DNA of 63,759 nt, filler included, from Reticulomyxa filosa (GCA_000512085.1; 14 parts of 14 records of this genome joined end to end with filler, not necessarily neighbours in it); one strand, 5' to 3'. Shown: positions 28,260-42,851, numbered from the whole stretch's first letter. A program made the numbers and translations. Notes: generated by a model not told the origin, from the sequence alone.

Positions 28260-29337
28260 CTTGTTTCATTCACATGCATGCATCATTACAATTTAAAAAA
28301 AAAAAAAAAAAAAAATAAAAAAAAATTTTTTTTTTTTTNNNNNNNNNNNNNNNNNNNNNNNNNNNNNNNNNNNNNNNNNNNNTTAATTAATTAANNNNNN
28401 NNNNNNNNNNNNNNNNNNNNNNNNNNNNNNNNNNNNNNTTAACAAGCCAAATTTACACAACATGGAAATCACTCTCAAACAGCTCCTTCTCCAATATATT
28501 CCTTTGCAAAAGTGCAAAAGAACATTAACACAAAACTATATTTTTTGTATACGTTATGAACATTGCACATAATCAATTGTTCAGCATTGTCGCATTCAAA
28601 TTTTATAATATTAATTTTGCTGTCGTTTCAACAAAGAAAAACAGTGTTTCACTTGTTTTTTTCGTTTTGGTGTTTGCAGTTTTAAATAGATTTCAAACCT
28701 ATATATCTCCTTTCGGAGACGGGGAGCTTTACCCCGTTTACCAATTTTTCTTCTTTTGCAGAGGGATGCACAGCATCCAAAACAATTCATTTCTTTTTTT
28801 TTTTGTCAAAGTGGACAGTCTGCTCAACCAACAAACAGATTTTCTTTTTTAAATCAAAAAAATATACAAAAAACATACTGTTGCAACGATGGACTAGGGG
28901 CAATATCACCCCGAATGTAAGCTGGCACAAGAACAGTCAATAAAAAAAGAAGAAAAAACTCTTTTTTTTTGTTCACTGAAACGTAGTGTGTTTTTAAAAA
29001 AAGATGTAAATTTTGAAATACTTTGATATCTTGTGCAGAATCATCACGGTATAAGCAGCAGAGTTTTTAAGTGCAGGTTGAGAGTGTCGATGTATCAACA
29101 TAATCAATTGAGGAAATAAAATGTTTACAATTAAACCTGTTTATCTCGAAGAGTTGGTGAGAAAAAGAAAAAACAAAGAACAGTTTTCTTCCGAAAGTCA
29201 AAGTTAACCAACAAACCATTTCTTTACAATCGATACCGTACACCACATAAAATTATAAAAAGAGGAGCGATAACAACAAACAAAAATAAAAATAAAAAGT
29301 GGATGCTGAAATGGTTGCATGGTGTTTTAATATATTT

Positions 29338-31868
29338 TTAAAAGATGCTAAAGCGCCTCTTTTTTTTATTGCTCTCTCGAATTAAAACGGCGATTTTTTC
29401 TTGTAAAGCATGGAGATCTACTTGGACCCTCCACACATCATTCTCCGCAATTTTCGTGTTCCTAGTGTTGCTGAATTCATATTGCAATTCATCGATTCGT
29501 TCTTCCAACTCGGACAATATTTGATTGATAGATGTACCCTCGTGCGATTTCTATGGAAAACAACGAAACAAATAAACAAAAAGGCTCTAATTCTCCTTTC
29601 ATATTTTGTGAATAAAAGAGAGTGACCTGTATAGCGTCATTGCGTGCCGATTCTTTAATATGATGAAATGAATTGGCGATGAGTCTTAGGTCCTCCATCA
29701 GCCGTCGTTGCACTGCAGGATCAAATTCATCATCTTTCATTTCGTGGCTTCGTATGAAATCACTGCTGTTATCCATATAGCATTGCACACACACGTATAC
29801 AGTTGTGCACATGCATAAAGGTCACTTTTTTTTTCCCTCTCACCAAACCTGCGTTTTCGTGTATGTGGACGACTTCTGTCTTTGAAATCCACACTCACTT
29901 CCAACGACTTCAAAGCAGACAAGTCCTCACCCCGACATGCTTTCTGTTGTAATAATTGCAAGGCCTCGACCCACATTTTCATTTCGTCCACAGACTTAGC
30001 CACAACATTCAACGATCGCTTGTGGCCATCGTACCATATCGTAAAAGATGCCGGTTCCAATGTTGTCCACGCAATACGCTGAAACTCTTTCGTGTTCTGT
30101 CCGACCACCACTTCGTCGATGTCTATCCAATCAACCTTATATTCATTCGATCCTTTGCTGTTGTCATTGGCAACAAAGGTGTATACGTATATGTACCTTT
30201 AATTTTAATCGAACTTTGCTCGAGTTTTTTTTTGGTTGAAAACCAAATTAATTCGTCATTGTTCTGTGATAAGTTGAATTGTCGAAAATGTGGAGAGCCT
30301 TGCTTTCCATACTTGAGCTATGTGCTCAGAAGGTAATTGGGAGAGGGGATTTACAAACAAACAAACAAAAAATTTATGGCAATAATGACAAAAAGAAAGA
30401 AAAGAGATAGAGAAACGAAAAGCCAGGGGGGGGGAGGGGAGGGAAAAAACAAAACAAAACAAAGTGTTCCACACCAATGCTGTTCCCCGTTTCAATTCTG
30501 GTAAACAATCAAATTGTTGGATTGGGGGTTTTGGTGCCTGCTTCGACGGAGGCTTTGGCACTGGCACTGTTGGTCGCTTCAGATGTGGTAAGTGCGTGTC
30601 ATTTGTTTTTTCATCGGCAGCTGTCTTTGTACTTATATCGGAGTGCACCCGAGCACTGGTGCCCTCTTTGTTTAAATTTACCCCAATCTTTCTCTCTGGG
30701 ATCATTGTTGCGGCTTTGTGTATACGTATACGTTTTTTTTTTTTTTATGTTTTGTTTTTTTTTTTTTTTTTTGGTGTATTTATTTTCTAATGTACGCCTG
30801 AGTGAAATGGCAGAATAGTGACGAAAGAGAGATCCAAAAAAAAAAACATATATATATGTACATATACATACCTGGAACACTTTTAAGTGGCTCACTTTGA
30901 CGCGCCTTGGATGGTAACTTATTCGAAGGGTATACGATGGAATCAGGTACATTCGACTTGACAGGATTGGATTGAGACGGACGACTGTGATTGCTTCCAT
31001 TGGAAAACACGGTCTGAAGATGGTCATACTCGTCATCGCTCATCTCCCCGGCATTGAATTCACTAGACAACTCATGTATTCCTTGCTTCGTCGTCTTGCC
31101 GATCTCAAAGTCTTTGTCAAAACTGTCGAAAATGCTTTCACTATTTTCCAACGCTTTCTGTGTCGTTGTTTCATTCGACGATGTTTCTTTCTCTTTCTTC
31201 TTCTTCTTCTTCTTGCTCTTTTTATTCTTGTCGTATGTTTCTTCCTTGTCCTTCTTCTCTTCCTCTAAGAATGATTCAATCACTTCTTCCACTGTTTTTT
31301 GTTTTTTGTTTTGCTTTTGCGAGGAACCGCTATTTTTTTTTTTTTTTAATTCATTTGAAATTTCAACGGACCTCTCCCAAATATTTTTTTTTTTTTTTTT
31401 TTAAGTTGCCAAGGGGACAAGGAGAACAAAACAAAATAAAGAAAAGAACACCATTATTATCAATTCTCTTTTTTTTTTAGATTTTTCCATATTTAGTCCT
31501 AGCTCACTTGTATTAGGGTGTATTTTGTCATTGTTGTGTTTGTCATCGTGAGGTGACCTCTCTTCGAATGTCGGTGATGTGCGGTTTGCTTCATATGATG
31601 TTTTGATTTTTTTTTGATTGACATCCGTATCTTCATCGCTTTCGAACGGGTTTGAGTCTGTATCAATGACATGCGTTTCGTTCGACAACAAAATATCACA
31701 CGAATCATGTCATAGCATATTGTCAACACTGTCCAGTGCTACACTTGTCAAGTGAAAACGTACATAACTCAAAACGTCACTAGTCTGGAGGTCAGATTGA
31801 TTGTCTGCAACCAACAAAGATGTGTCCTTTTCAGAAGAGCTCTCAACTAATGATTTTTTCTCCATCAT
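29338..31868 (-). CDS. PH-domain protein (PLC/PRAF-type PH) with low-complexity N-terminus and coiled-coil tail
   Basis: LKRGTAL|LKYGKQGSPHFRQFNLS..LIWFS..DIDEVVVGQNTKEF..SFTIWY..RSLNVVAKSVDEMKMWVEAL. Confidence 0.8.
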
Positions 31869-32222
31869 GTACAGATGAATATATAGAACGGAAAAAGTAA
31901 TAACCAGATTTTTTACTTTTTCATTTGCTACAAAAAAACACCAACAAATTCTTGTTTATGTGGAGACACAGAAAATACAATACTATTGAGATATGATACT
32001 CAGAGTGTGTATCCTAAACAAAAATTTATTGAGTTACGTTTAGGCAAAAAATAACCTGCAATTTGTGAAAATATTGTTAAGTTCTTAACTAGTTTAATAA
32101 ATGCGTTTGCTATGTGTTTTCTCAAATGCTGTTTAAAATAAGTTTGTAGTTGGATCGGTGCACGAATAGTTTAAGAAAAGAAAAAAAAACAAACAATTCA
32201 AAAGTGGAAATATAGCAATCTT

Positions 32223-32976
32223 TCATTGCGGGGGGTCGTCGACAGGGGAATGTTCAATGTAATAAAAAGGTTTGTTAACAAGAATGCCATGATCAGTCAA
32301 GCTTGGGATCAAAACGTTCATTTCTAAAACAGGTTTTTCAGCTGACATTTGATCATATGCCTTAGTGTCAAGTCTGTGCATATAATGTTTACGATATTGC
32401 ATGGCAGATTTGCAAACATTAAAAAATAAAGTATTTTGCAGCAATTCCGACCAGTCTTTGTCTATTCCACAAATATGCATATAAATATGTATGTATATAT
32501 TAAACCTCGATTGAAGGTGTCATTGAGATTTATCAAATCAAATACACGTCAAAATAGCCACATACACTTTGACATCTGGACAATTACACCCTGCCTTTTG
32601 CAAATTGTATTGAGCAATTTCATCTGGCACCTGTTTTATTTGAGCTCATAATCGATTTCAGAACTTACTATTAATCCTCTCTCTTCCTTCCCCTCAATGT
32701 TTTTGTATCTTTTATTTCCAAAAGAATCATATCGTGGTTTGTCAGAGTATGTATTTCTCTTTTTTTCTTCTGTTAAACTGTTATTGCAGTATTATTGACG
32801 TTTTCTAGTGAAAGCAAAAACTTCAAGGCATTTTGTTGGTTTTGTTGTCGCTCTTGGACTTTTCTTTTCTGCTTTCTTTCCAAAGATTCTTCAATAGTTT
32901 TCAAATGCCCTATGAATTTGGTCTGTCTTTGATTTATTGAGCTATTTTCTGTCCCTTGTTTGATATCCTCAGACAT
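32223..32976 (-). CDS. TAF10: TFIID/SAGA subunit TAF10
   Basis: Spliced reading LI|VPDEIAQYNLQKAGCNCPDVKV|QRLVGIAAKYFIF(+1)NVCKSAMQY..VLEMNVLIPSLTDHGILVNKPFYY matches the TAF10 histone-fold signature. Confidence 0.88.
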
Positions 32977-33246
32977 GATTAGTTTTTTTAAAATTTCAAC
33001 TTTGAACCACTGAAGAACAACACGTCGTAATCCAAGCGATATCACTTAAGCTGACAATAAAGCTTTTTCTTCTGATCATAGCAATTTACTAGGAATCTAG
33101 CCCACATTTAGAAATTTTCGTTTCCATGAAAAACTAGTTTTTTCAATTGTTATTTTAACTTATTAGCGTCCAAAAACTTCTTAAACAATGGAAATAACAA
33201 GTTTTTAAAAAATTGTGCTTGACTTTGAAAGCGTATTTTAATTAAA

Positions 33247-34168
33247 ATGAACGTAGGAAACGGAAGGAAAATTCCCAATAGCAGTTAAAAAAAAATGCGC
33301 ACGATAATGCAACATTATAGGCAGTACTCTAGCCAAGCAAAAAAATACTCTCACAAATAAAGAGTACAACAAACAACGGTTCCAAATGCTAAAGGAAAAA
33401 CAGGCAAGAAAGCCGTTGAAAGCAACCCTTACGTCTATCCCTTTCACATATAGACCACTGTTGCCTCTAAGTTTGACAGGTTTTCTCTGTGGAACTATGA
33501 TTTTGTATATGCAACCAAAAGCATATGAACAGAACAAAGGGCATACTGACGTCCCGTTGCCATGGCCAAAATTGCAAAGTTATAACAAATACTGTCAAGA
33601 ACGAATTTCAAAAACAAAAAAAAGTAAAATTTAAAAAAAAAAAGGGGATAATATCAAAGAAAGCTCTTTATTTGTCGTAAGTTTCGCATCAGCAGGGCTA
33701 ATGGCTGCCCATATTTTTCAAATACGACTAAAAAGCAGGCTGCCGTTGGAACGTACGTTGCACCGATTAGTTCATCAACCTTATCTTCCTTTTCTATACT
33801 TGTCCACATATGGTACGGCGATAACATACGGTGGTCTTGCAACTTCACTAATTGGGGAGTGCTTGATGAACGGACAACCTTATGGTTTTGAAAATATTGT
33901 CCAAGCTTGGAAAGATAACCCTCACGTGAATACTATTTTTCCACACATCGACCCAATTGCTAGAAATGTTGGGAAACCGTTCCGAGAATGCTCAAAGGCT
34001 CAAATAAATTCTCGTTTGCACTTTGGCATTGAACTTGCTGCACAAATGCTATGGAGCACTTACTTTCTTGTCATTCCCATGTACGGTGCATGCTCTGCCA
34101 CTTTTGTGTTGGCAAATAGACCATTGTGGGCACAATTACTGACAAGAGTCACTGCTGGTACTTTGTAA
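33247..34168 (+). CDS. Uncharacterised multi-pass membrane protein (three exons inferred)
   Basis: Introns at about 33284-33320 and 33579-33659 join the ORFs; several hydrophobic segments. Confidence 0.6.
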
Positions 34169-35558
34169 CTTCTGCACAAATGCTCCGCTTATTTTATCAC
34201 TTTCCTTATTTTCTCAAATTAATAATCTCATCAACACTTTTCATTAATGTAATTTCTTTGTAAATTAAAACAGTCTCTGATAACAAAAGATCTTCAAAGC
34301 GTTCATTATGTTGCTGCCTCTTATCTCCTTTAAAAAAGCTGCTATTTAAAATGCAATTAACATTTTTGGCCATGCTGACCAAATATATTTTTCATTTAAA
34401 ACTATCTATTGATGAAATAGAACTTGTCAATAAGAGTTTTGTTAAATAAAAAAAATTATTGCTGTTTTTTTTCCTGTTCTATTTTATGTTATGGAGTTTA
34501 AAAAGATTGCAAGAACGATGTAAGCAACAGTGTACTATTTTTAAATTGAGAAATAGAAAGCAAATAGCATTCGCAATAAGGCACCGTGTTGTGCAGTAAT
34601 TAAATGTTAAAAACGGAAGGACAACAATAATAAATAAAACAAAACTAAAAACGGAACACAACAAAGGAAGAAACTTCAACTAAATCAAACGTCCAATCGC
34701 AGCATGTTATAGGTTTTTTATACTTGCAGCGTCTCCTCAAACGCGTTCTTTCCCCCAAATATTTCTTTTTGTAAACACATCAAACTTAACAAAAAACCAA
34801 CAAATAAAAAAACCAATAACATTCCGAAATTGAATATTTTTTATTTTTCTTACAATTAATGCCCGTGAAAAATCACCCCAAACAAAAGTTTTTAAAAGCC
34901 CTAAAAACTTTTCTTCCTATGTTGTGGACAATTATTAGCTTTGTGCACAAGTCTTTTTACACATCAATCAAACAAAATTACACAGCAAAGCATTTAAAGC
35001 AAAAACACTCGAATAAAAACTTTTACACATCACATTTTAAAAAAGGAATCCGTTTTGCTAAAAACACAAGGCCGTGTAATGTTGTGTGATTCAAGAGAAA
35101 AAAAAGGAACAGCTAGAACGTAAGTGAAAAATGCAATACACGACAAATAAGCAATACAAACAAAGACACACCAAATCACCACAGACAGTACGTGATTTTT
35201 TCTTGTAATTTCCTTGAATAAGTCAAAAGGAAGAAAACAATCGAAAGAATTCAATGTTTTCAAAACGTAAACGAAAATAAAATTAAAAAAATCATAAAAA
35301 CCAAGTACTATGTGTGTCAATTGGGAATGAATTTGGTTGTTAACAAATCCATTTTTTTTTAAACACAAATCATCAACAATTCAGCAACTTCTACAAAGCA
35401 AGAGAGGGGGGGGGGAAAAAAAAAAGCACAACAAGTCGATGCACAAGTCTTTGTGTAAGTAACACAACAAATAGAAATGTAGAAAAAAAAAAAAAAAAGC
35501 AAAACAAAAACGCATTTTTTTTTTTGGAAATGCAATGCAATATGATGCCAATGGACAA

Positions 35559-37810
35559 TCAAATGACGTTGGCAATGCGGAGACATGAACCTTTGCCACA
35601 CAACGAAACGGCTGGTTTGACGGGTCCAACTAAATTATCAAAAGCCACACCTTGACTCTTGCCATTGACAAAAAATTCAATAGTATTTTTGTCCAAATTG
35701 ACTTCACACTTAATGACATCGTTGCCACCGTATTGAACTCCGTACTGAACCAATTTCCCGACTTGGTAGCACTTTCCACCGTTTCCGCCAATGTATCCCC
35801 ACGAGTTTTGGGATCCAACCCATGCCGTTTTTCGAGGATCGAATTTGGTTGGGACAACTCCGACAATGAATTTCCAGGTGTTACTAGTTTTAGCATCATT
35901 GATGACTTGAATTTCAAAGGAGTGTTTTCCACTCTCAAACGTCGCTTGCGAAACTACGCCTTGCCACGTGTCATTGCTTCCTTTGTTGGTCACAGACACT
36001 CCATCAGGGAAAATGGCCAAATATTGCGATTTCAATACTGCATCCCAGCCAAAGTTGATTGAATGAAACATTGATGGACTTGGATTTCGTGGCGAAAGAG
36101 TAGGTGATGCAACTGATCCCACAACTCGTTGCACTGTTTGTGGTGGGCCAGACGATGGCGATACTCGACTCATCAAACGAATGGCACTGTTCGTTGCTGT
36201 CAGCGACACTGCTGCAAACATTGCTCCTGAACTAACGTCAAAATTATCAAATGCTTTACCTTGCGAAACCCCGTTCAACAAGAACTAATTTTTTTTCCCA
36301 TTGATAGTTTGCACCCACAGATTTAATTTCGAATTAGTATTCAATGTTCACACACACACATGTAATACTCTAAAAAATAAATAAATAAAAATAATAAAAA
36401 AAAGTCAAAACTTCAATTGTTTTGTTTTTAGCATCCGCAATAACAGTAACACAGTCTCCGACACGTGCACCCCATTTTTCACCATAAGACAGAGATTTGC
36501 CGACATCATAACATTTTCCTCCGGTTCCGGCAATGTATCCCCATGATTTCTGGGCTCCAAGCCATTGCTTATTGTTTTGGCAAGTGAATGATTCTGGCGC
36601 TATTCCTGCCATAAATTTCCACGAGTTTGTTGTATTTTCCATCTTTTCAATCAATAAACTAAATTCGGCCAATCCTGTATGTACATACGTAGATAACACG
36701 TAAATTTTTTTTTTTTTTTTTTTTGCAATACGTATACGTTAGGTATGAAAAAGATAATTCTTACCGTCAAGGCCAAAGACAAGGGGCTCACGTGTTTTAC
36801 ATGTTTGCCATTGATCATTGCTACCAGAATTTTGAACGACGTTTTTGGCGGTGTCGACGTTGAGCGATTTGGACTTTGATTTTGGCCATTGGTCCCAAGT
36901 CAAAGTCGGGTGTTGTCGTAAGACGTGGCCATAAATTTCGAATCCGCTCAATGACAGGTAGTAGTGATTGTTGGAATTTTTATCAAATTGAAAGATGCGG
37001 AATCGCGAGAAGTAGCCACCAGCCGTAATACTCCAAGTAAATGTCTGACCTTTCAAGTTCAATGCCTCGTCATTCTTATGCTCGCGCAAGGTAGTCCATT
37101 TTTCTCCATCACAAGATCCCTTGAAAACAACGTGCAATGTATTAATACACAAAAGTGATTGTCATTATTATCATCAAAAAAAAAAAAAAAAAGGGGGCAT
37201 TTGATATTAGTCAAAACTTCAAGTTTCCAATTGCGAAGAGCTTCCGTGTCCCAGGATGAATAATGTCGTAACGTATAGTGTGTGGCCAGTATGGCGTAGT
37301 TTTGAAAATCAATTTCAAACCACGCTTGTTTGACAGGCTTTGTCACACATCGAACGACGTCGTGCCCAACAATGGCCTCGACTCCTACCGAGTCATTCAT
37401 CAATCCGTTGGATCGCACGATAACAAGACCACGTTTCATTGGATTTTGCCACGCTTCTGTTCCACAATTTGTACCGAGCCAATAGCATACTCCTTGTGTG
37501 TCCAAGTCGCCTGAGTACGAGAAGGCATCTCCAGACAATTCCGGTCCAACTTGTTGCGACACAACCACAGGGATGGCTCCTCTCACTGCTCCTGCGTCAT
37601 CATCAGGCAATGAATCGCCACTAGGAATGGCATCATTTTTCTTTTGTTCCGGAGATTTTTCTTCGGCGATCTTTGGAACTGGAGGAGGGACGGGCGCCAT
37701 TGGTGGAGGAGCATTGGCTTTAAGTGACACCAGTCCTCCAACAGCCTCTCCGTACAATTCGACACCCGAGCATGCCAAATACTTTGATCATATGTATTTG
37801 TGTAAAAAGC
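35559..37810 (-). CDS. Protein with HECTD1-type galactose-binding/discoidin-like domains and two SPRY domains (5' truncated)
   Basis: DLDTQGVCYWLGTN..WQNP..HYTLRHYSSWDTEALRNWKLE|GSCDG..LSLSGFEIYG; two SPRY-like units W(L/V)G.Q.SWGYI.G.GGKCY; the end of an earlier unit (YLACSGVELYG). Confidence 0.85.
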
Positions 37811-38190
37811 AGACAATTTTAATAACAAAGAAATTGCATATTTTATACACGATATACGTATATGTATATGTATATGCATATATATATATATATATANNNN
37901 NNNNNNNNNNNNNNNNNNNNNNNNNNNNNNNNNNNNNNNNTTAATTAATTAANNNNNNNNNNNNNNNNNNNNNNNNNNNNNNNNNNNNNNNNNNNNCTGA
38001 TTGTAATCTTTTTTTTTTCCCTTTTTTTTTCCCCTTTTTTTTTTCCCCCCCCAAATGTTCCAACTAGTTGAATATTATCTTACAAAATAAAAGAACTTTT
38101 TTTCCAAGTGGTTATAAATAATAAAAAGATAACTGCGAAAACCGAAATAAGTGCAAGTGTGTATATCTATGTGTGTGGTGTGTGAAATAG

Positions 38191-38333
38191 TGCGTCCAGA
38201 AATATTGTATCGTGAACAATTGTCCCAACTCAACTCGATGGGCTTTCGTGACGCAGATGCAAATATCCGAGCACTGGTGGCCACTGGAGGAAATGTTGAA
38301 GCTGCGGTGGAAAAACTGTTGTCAGGAAATTAA
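38191..38333 (+). CDS. Last exon of a ubiquilin/Dsk2-like protein (UBA domain)
   Basis: [42 protein letters not shown]. Confidence 0.88.
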
Positions 38334-38809
38334 TGATACTTTTGACATACTTTTTGTCAAAGCATTGTTGATGTGTAGCGTCTGAAGCCAAATGCAACGT
38401 TTGTCATTATTTTCTCTGCTTTTTTTTTTAACTTTTACTGGGTGTGGAGTTTTGACGTCTTAATTACGAGTCTTTAAAAATGCTTTGTCGACATGAACAA
38501 AATTCAACAACACGACTTTATAACACTTTCAACTAACTTGTGGCAATTGTCCTTTTTTTTTTTTTTCCGTCAGTATGTGCTATCAGCTTGTACAAAGCAA
38601 AACGAAAATGACACCACGCACTTTTATTTAAACTCATGTTAGATTTGCATTTCATTAACAAACATAAAGCATTAAACAATGAATGCAAACAAAAAAGATA
38701 AACAAATTTGTGGGCGAAAGTGTTGGTAACAAACACTCGTTGGTCCTTTTTTTTTATATATTTTTTTTTTTTTTTTTCTTCCCCCCTCCCTCTTAACGCT
38801 CTTGATAAG

Positions 38810-40688
38810 ATGCTCCGACAACCTTTGTTAACTGTGTACGAGCAAAGAGAATCATTGAGTTCGAGCCAGATTGAGCATTCCTACTTAAAGCTTGATGATG
38901 ATCTTAATACCTTTTCGCAAACGACTTGTTTGGACAGAGTGGAACAGCCGTTTCGGAGGTGCAATTTTGTGGAGACAAAAGTTTAACCGAAGTTCTTCAA
39001 AACAAACAAGCCAAAAAAAAAAAAAAAAGGGGGAGAAATAGTTAAAATAGGCAGTGGGCAACAAAAATGTGATGGTATTGTTGTGATCTGCGCCTAGGCA
39101 CGCGCTTGGTTGTGTTTGTGCATTTGTTACGGCCTAAGCCACGTGGACTACTCAGCAGTATCAGCGAACAAGAAGACATATATGTGGGTGATGCTGAGCA
39201 TATACGGACTGTTATTTGTGATATTGATGGCATGTCTGTGGACAGCATCACTTCGACTGTTGTGTTACAGTTGCGAGGAATGTTGTAACCTTTGTCTACA
39301 CGCCATTGCAAAGAAAAGACGACCGAAAACGCAAATGGATACAAACAAACAAGAAGAAGAAGAAGAAGAAAAAAAAGAAGACGAAAAAAAATCAGCAATG
39401 CTGACAGTGGCGGAAGGAGACTCGAAAATGGGCCTTCGCACAACGATAAGTAGCAATAGTGAATATGGGGATATCCCACTAGATCGAAACAACCTCGTAT
39501 CATTAGTCGGCATCAGCCAATTGGAACTCAAGTCAATTCTCCAATTTGTCGACATTACCGACAGCATCGAGAAAAACTATCGTATTCGGTTTGTCACTTT
39601 TGTCCACAATTTCCGGACCTTTGTCATCTTGTTCCTGCTCACGTGGACTCTCCTCTGTGCCACCGCTGGTCTCGTCGTCGTCCATGGCTACGCCGTCTCC
39701 CTCCCTGGAGGAGGCAGCGATCACACCCTTCCCGCCGCCGATCACACCAAAAGAACGGTGTTGGCTATTACACTTGTCGCAGTTTCGAGATGGTGTTGTT
39801 TTTTTTTTGGAATCATATTTGGGCATATATAATATATATAATATATACATATATATATATAATATATATATATGTATACGTATACGTATACATACACATA
39901 TACACATATATGTATATATGTGTACTTGTGTAACATTTTTTTTATCAAAATGCTTGAAAAAGTTAAGCTGGTGTATCTATCCGTTTATGGAATTATGCCG
40001 ATTCTTCCATCGCGAGGTGTATCATATCGACTTGAAATCTCTCGTAAGCGCCATTTGCTTGTATTTGATAATCGAATACGTCGTGAACCAATTGCAGCGA
40101 CTGAGGAAGTGGTGCCTTGGGTCTTTTCTGACGGCAATGCTGTGCCTGTTCTATCTCTGCTTGGTCAAGTACTTGCTGCGGGCCACCTCGATCACGGACT
40201 GGACACTGGATCTATGTCTATTGCTATGGTTAGGTGTCGTCAATTACATCTTTGTTATATTTATTCGTCAAATTTCGTTTGTTCAAAATTCTGTGAAAGT
40301 GTGGTTGGAAACGATGAAAAAAGAGCGATTGCAATTGATTGACCAAGGAAAAAACGTTTTTGGGGGACAGCTCTTGCCACATGAAATGATGATAACGACA
40401 AATGCTGCTACTATCAATGCCAATGCCAATGCAAATGCAAATGCCAATACCAATATCAGTATCAATATCAATACCAATGCAAATAACAATGACTCATATT
40501 CGATTTTGTCTTGTTGCAAGTGGTGTCAACGCTATCGACAAAAGCGATTGGAACAACAATGGATAGAAAATCATTTGTATCCCAACGGACGTATCAAAGC
40601 ATATAGTCGATACTTTATTGAGCCAAATATGGCTGCACCTTTGCCACCACCTTCCAAGCCGCCCATGGAAAATATCTACTTTGCAAAG
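38810..40688 (+). CDS. Uncharacterised multi-pass membrane protein (3' truncated)
   Basis: ORFs 39110-39832 and about 39962-40688 hold many hydrophobic helices and are separated by a (TA)n intron. Confidence 0.65.
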
Positions 40689-40890
40689 GTAGGTTTGTTC
40701 CCTCTTTCTTATCCTCTCTTCTATATGTACTTTTTTTTTTNNNNNNNNNNNNNNNNNNNNNNNNNNNNNNNNNNNNNNNNNNNNTTAATTAATTAANNNN
40801 NNNNNNNNNNNNNNNNNNNNNNNNNNNNNNNNNNNNNNNNAAAAACACAAACAAAATACGCGTAAAAAAAGGGTACGAAATAAAGTTTGT

Positions 40891-42482
40891 TTATTCTAAT
40901 TCCATCATCGTTGTCGTATCTTCAAAATTGAACAATTCGTCTGTCATTTGCCATGTTTGTACGATGTTATTGTCGGCCACAGAAGAAATAACCCAAGGAT
41001 CGTTGAAATTCCAACTCAAATCACTAACTCGATCCGTATGACCAGCATGAACAAACATCATTTCAGGAGGCCCATCATCCGCATCTTCAGGCGTTTGTTC
41101 CATTCCAATCATTGACAAATCCCAGACAATGACCCGTCTATCCGCACCACAAGATGCCAAATGCACTTCGCTATGTGGAGACCATTCCACTCGCAGTATT
41201 TGTTCGGTGTGTCCTTCTAACAAATGGAGCTATAATGTTAAAATATTTTTTTTTGAATTGGTTCAATATCAAATGCGATGTCTTTGCCATAAATGGAAAC
41301 AAACAAACAACAACAAAACTTTATGAGACAGCTTTCGTGCATCCCACAGCCCAATATATTTATCACTTGATCCAGTGAGAATAAGATCTTGATTGAAAGG
41401 TGAAAAGTCAACACAGTTGATTTCGGCCTTGTGGGCATTGCTCACGCACATTTGTGGTTTTGTTTTGGTGCGGCAGTCCCAAATCATTAGACATTTATCA
41501 TCGCCAACACTGGCAAACAAATGATCATGCTTTTTGTTCCAACACACGTCTTCACAGTTGTCTTTATGTGCCAAAAACTTTTGGTCACATTCAATTCGCG
41601 AACAACTTTCGTCTGTCTTTTTATCATTCGTGGAGGAAACATTTGTTGTTCCGCTGTTGTTTTCATTGGATTCGCTCACGCCATTTTTCGCCGCCACGCT
41701 TTTTCGCAAGTCCCACAAACAAATGCTATTGTCATCACTCGACGACAATACCAATCCTTCTGTTATTGGAGACCAATGCAATCCATATCCTTCTTTCGAA
41801 TGCCCCTTCAAAATTACTTGCGGTTTGCAAATCGAACTGTCTTCCGGTTTGTTGGAATGTTTCGAACGATCAAATATGTATACATCACCAACTTTTTTGT
41901 TGTTGTTGTTTTTTTCTTTTGGGGACCAAGCCTTTTCTTCTTCAAAAAAAAAAAAATTACGTATACGTATGTAATCATAACATACATTTTGTCTTTGTCG
42001 CAATGATATCGGGGTTTTGCCACATGTAACGAGCTCGGTTGATTTCGCCATTGTGGACAATTCTTTGAATTACTTCGATTTTACCTGTATTGCTATCAAA
42101 TGTTTCATTCATCTCGTTCGAGTCTTCTGGGTTGGTACTTTGTGATGTCTTTTTGTTTGCGGTTGGAATGCACACTTGACAAAACAGCAATGCATTTATG
42201 TCCAAGTCACTGGTATTTGTGCCAAGTAACAGCTTTTGTTTGCTGAAATTAAAATCCTTGCTGTCGTTTTCTCCGCTCTCCTTGCCTGGAAACCATTGGC
42301 ACGTTAGTGAAGGCCATTCCAATGCTGTTGATAATATCAAATCGTATAAATACGGTGAGTTTTTCTTCCAAATCTGTGCAACAAAAATACATTATATGAA
42401 TTATTAGCACTATCTTTCAGTTTGAAATTTGCAAAACTTTGTATTCTTCATTAATGATTTTTTCAGTGTCTAAATACGACAT
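40891..42482 (-). CDS. RBBP4: Histone-binding WD40 protein RBBP4/RbAp48/MSI1
   Basis: IINEEYK|IWKKNSPYLYDL..ALEWPSLTCQW, HNGEINRARYMWQNP and EDADDGPPEMMFVHAGHT. Confidence 0.97.
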
Positions 42483-42851
42483 TTTTGTGATTTTTTTTAA
42501 ATATGATAGAGTTTGTTGATAGTTTTTTTTTTATTCCAATTTCCAAACCCGGTCACTCAGTTTGGAAACAATGGCTTGTGGTTTTGGTAAAGTAATTCCC
42601 AAATCTTTCTCGAGCTTTTGAAAGTGTAATAAAATATTGTGTAACCCGTTATGGAATAGTTTTCTCAATTTTTACTGTAAAACACTTCGGATGAAATAAA
42701 AAAACAATAGCAAAGGATTAGATTGTTTACAAAGTTATTTTCTTTACTTGTATTTAATTGCTTTACACAAGTAAAAGATGACGTCAAGTTTTTGACTGCA
42801 GAAAATATATCAATAAAAGGAAAACAAAGGAGAATAAGAAGTGGAGAAAAC

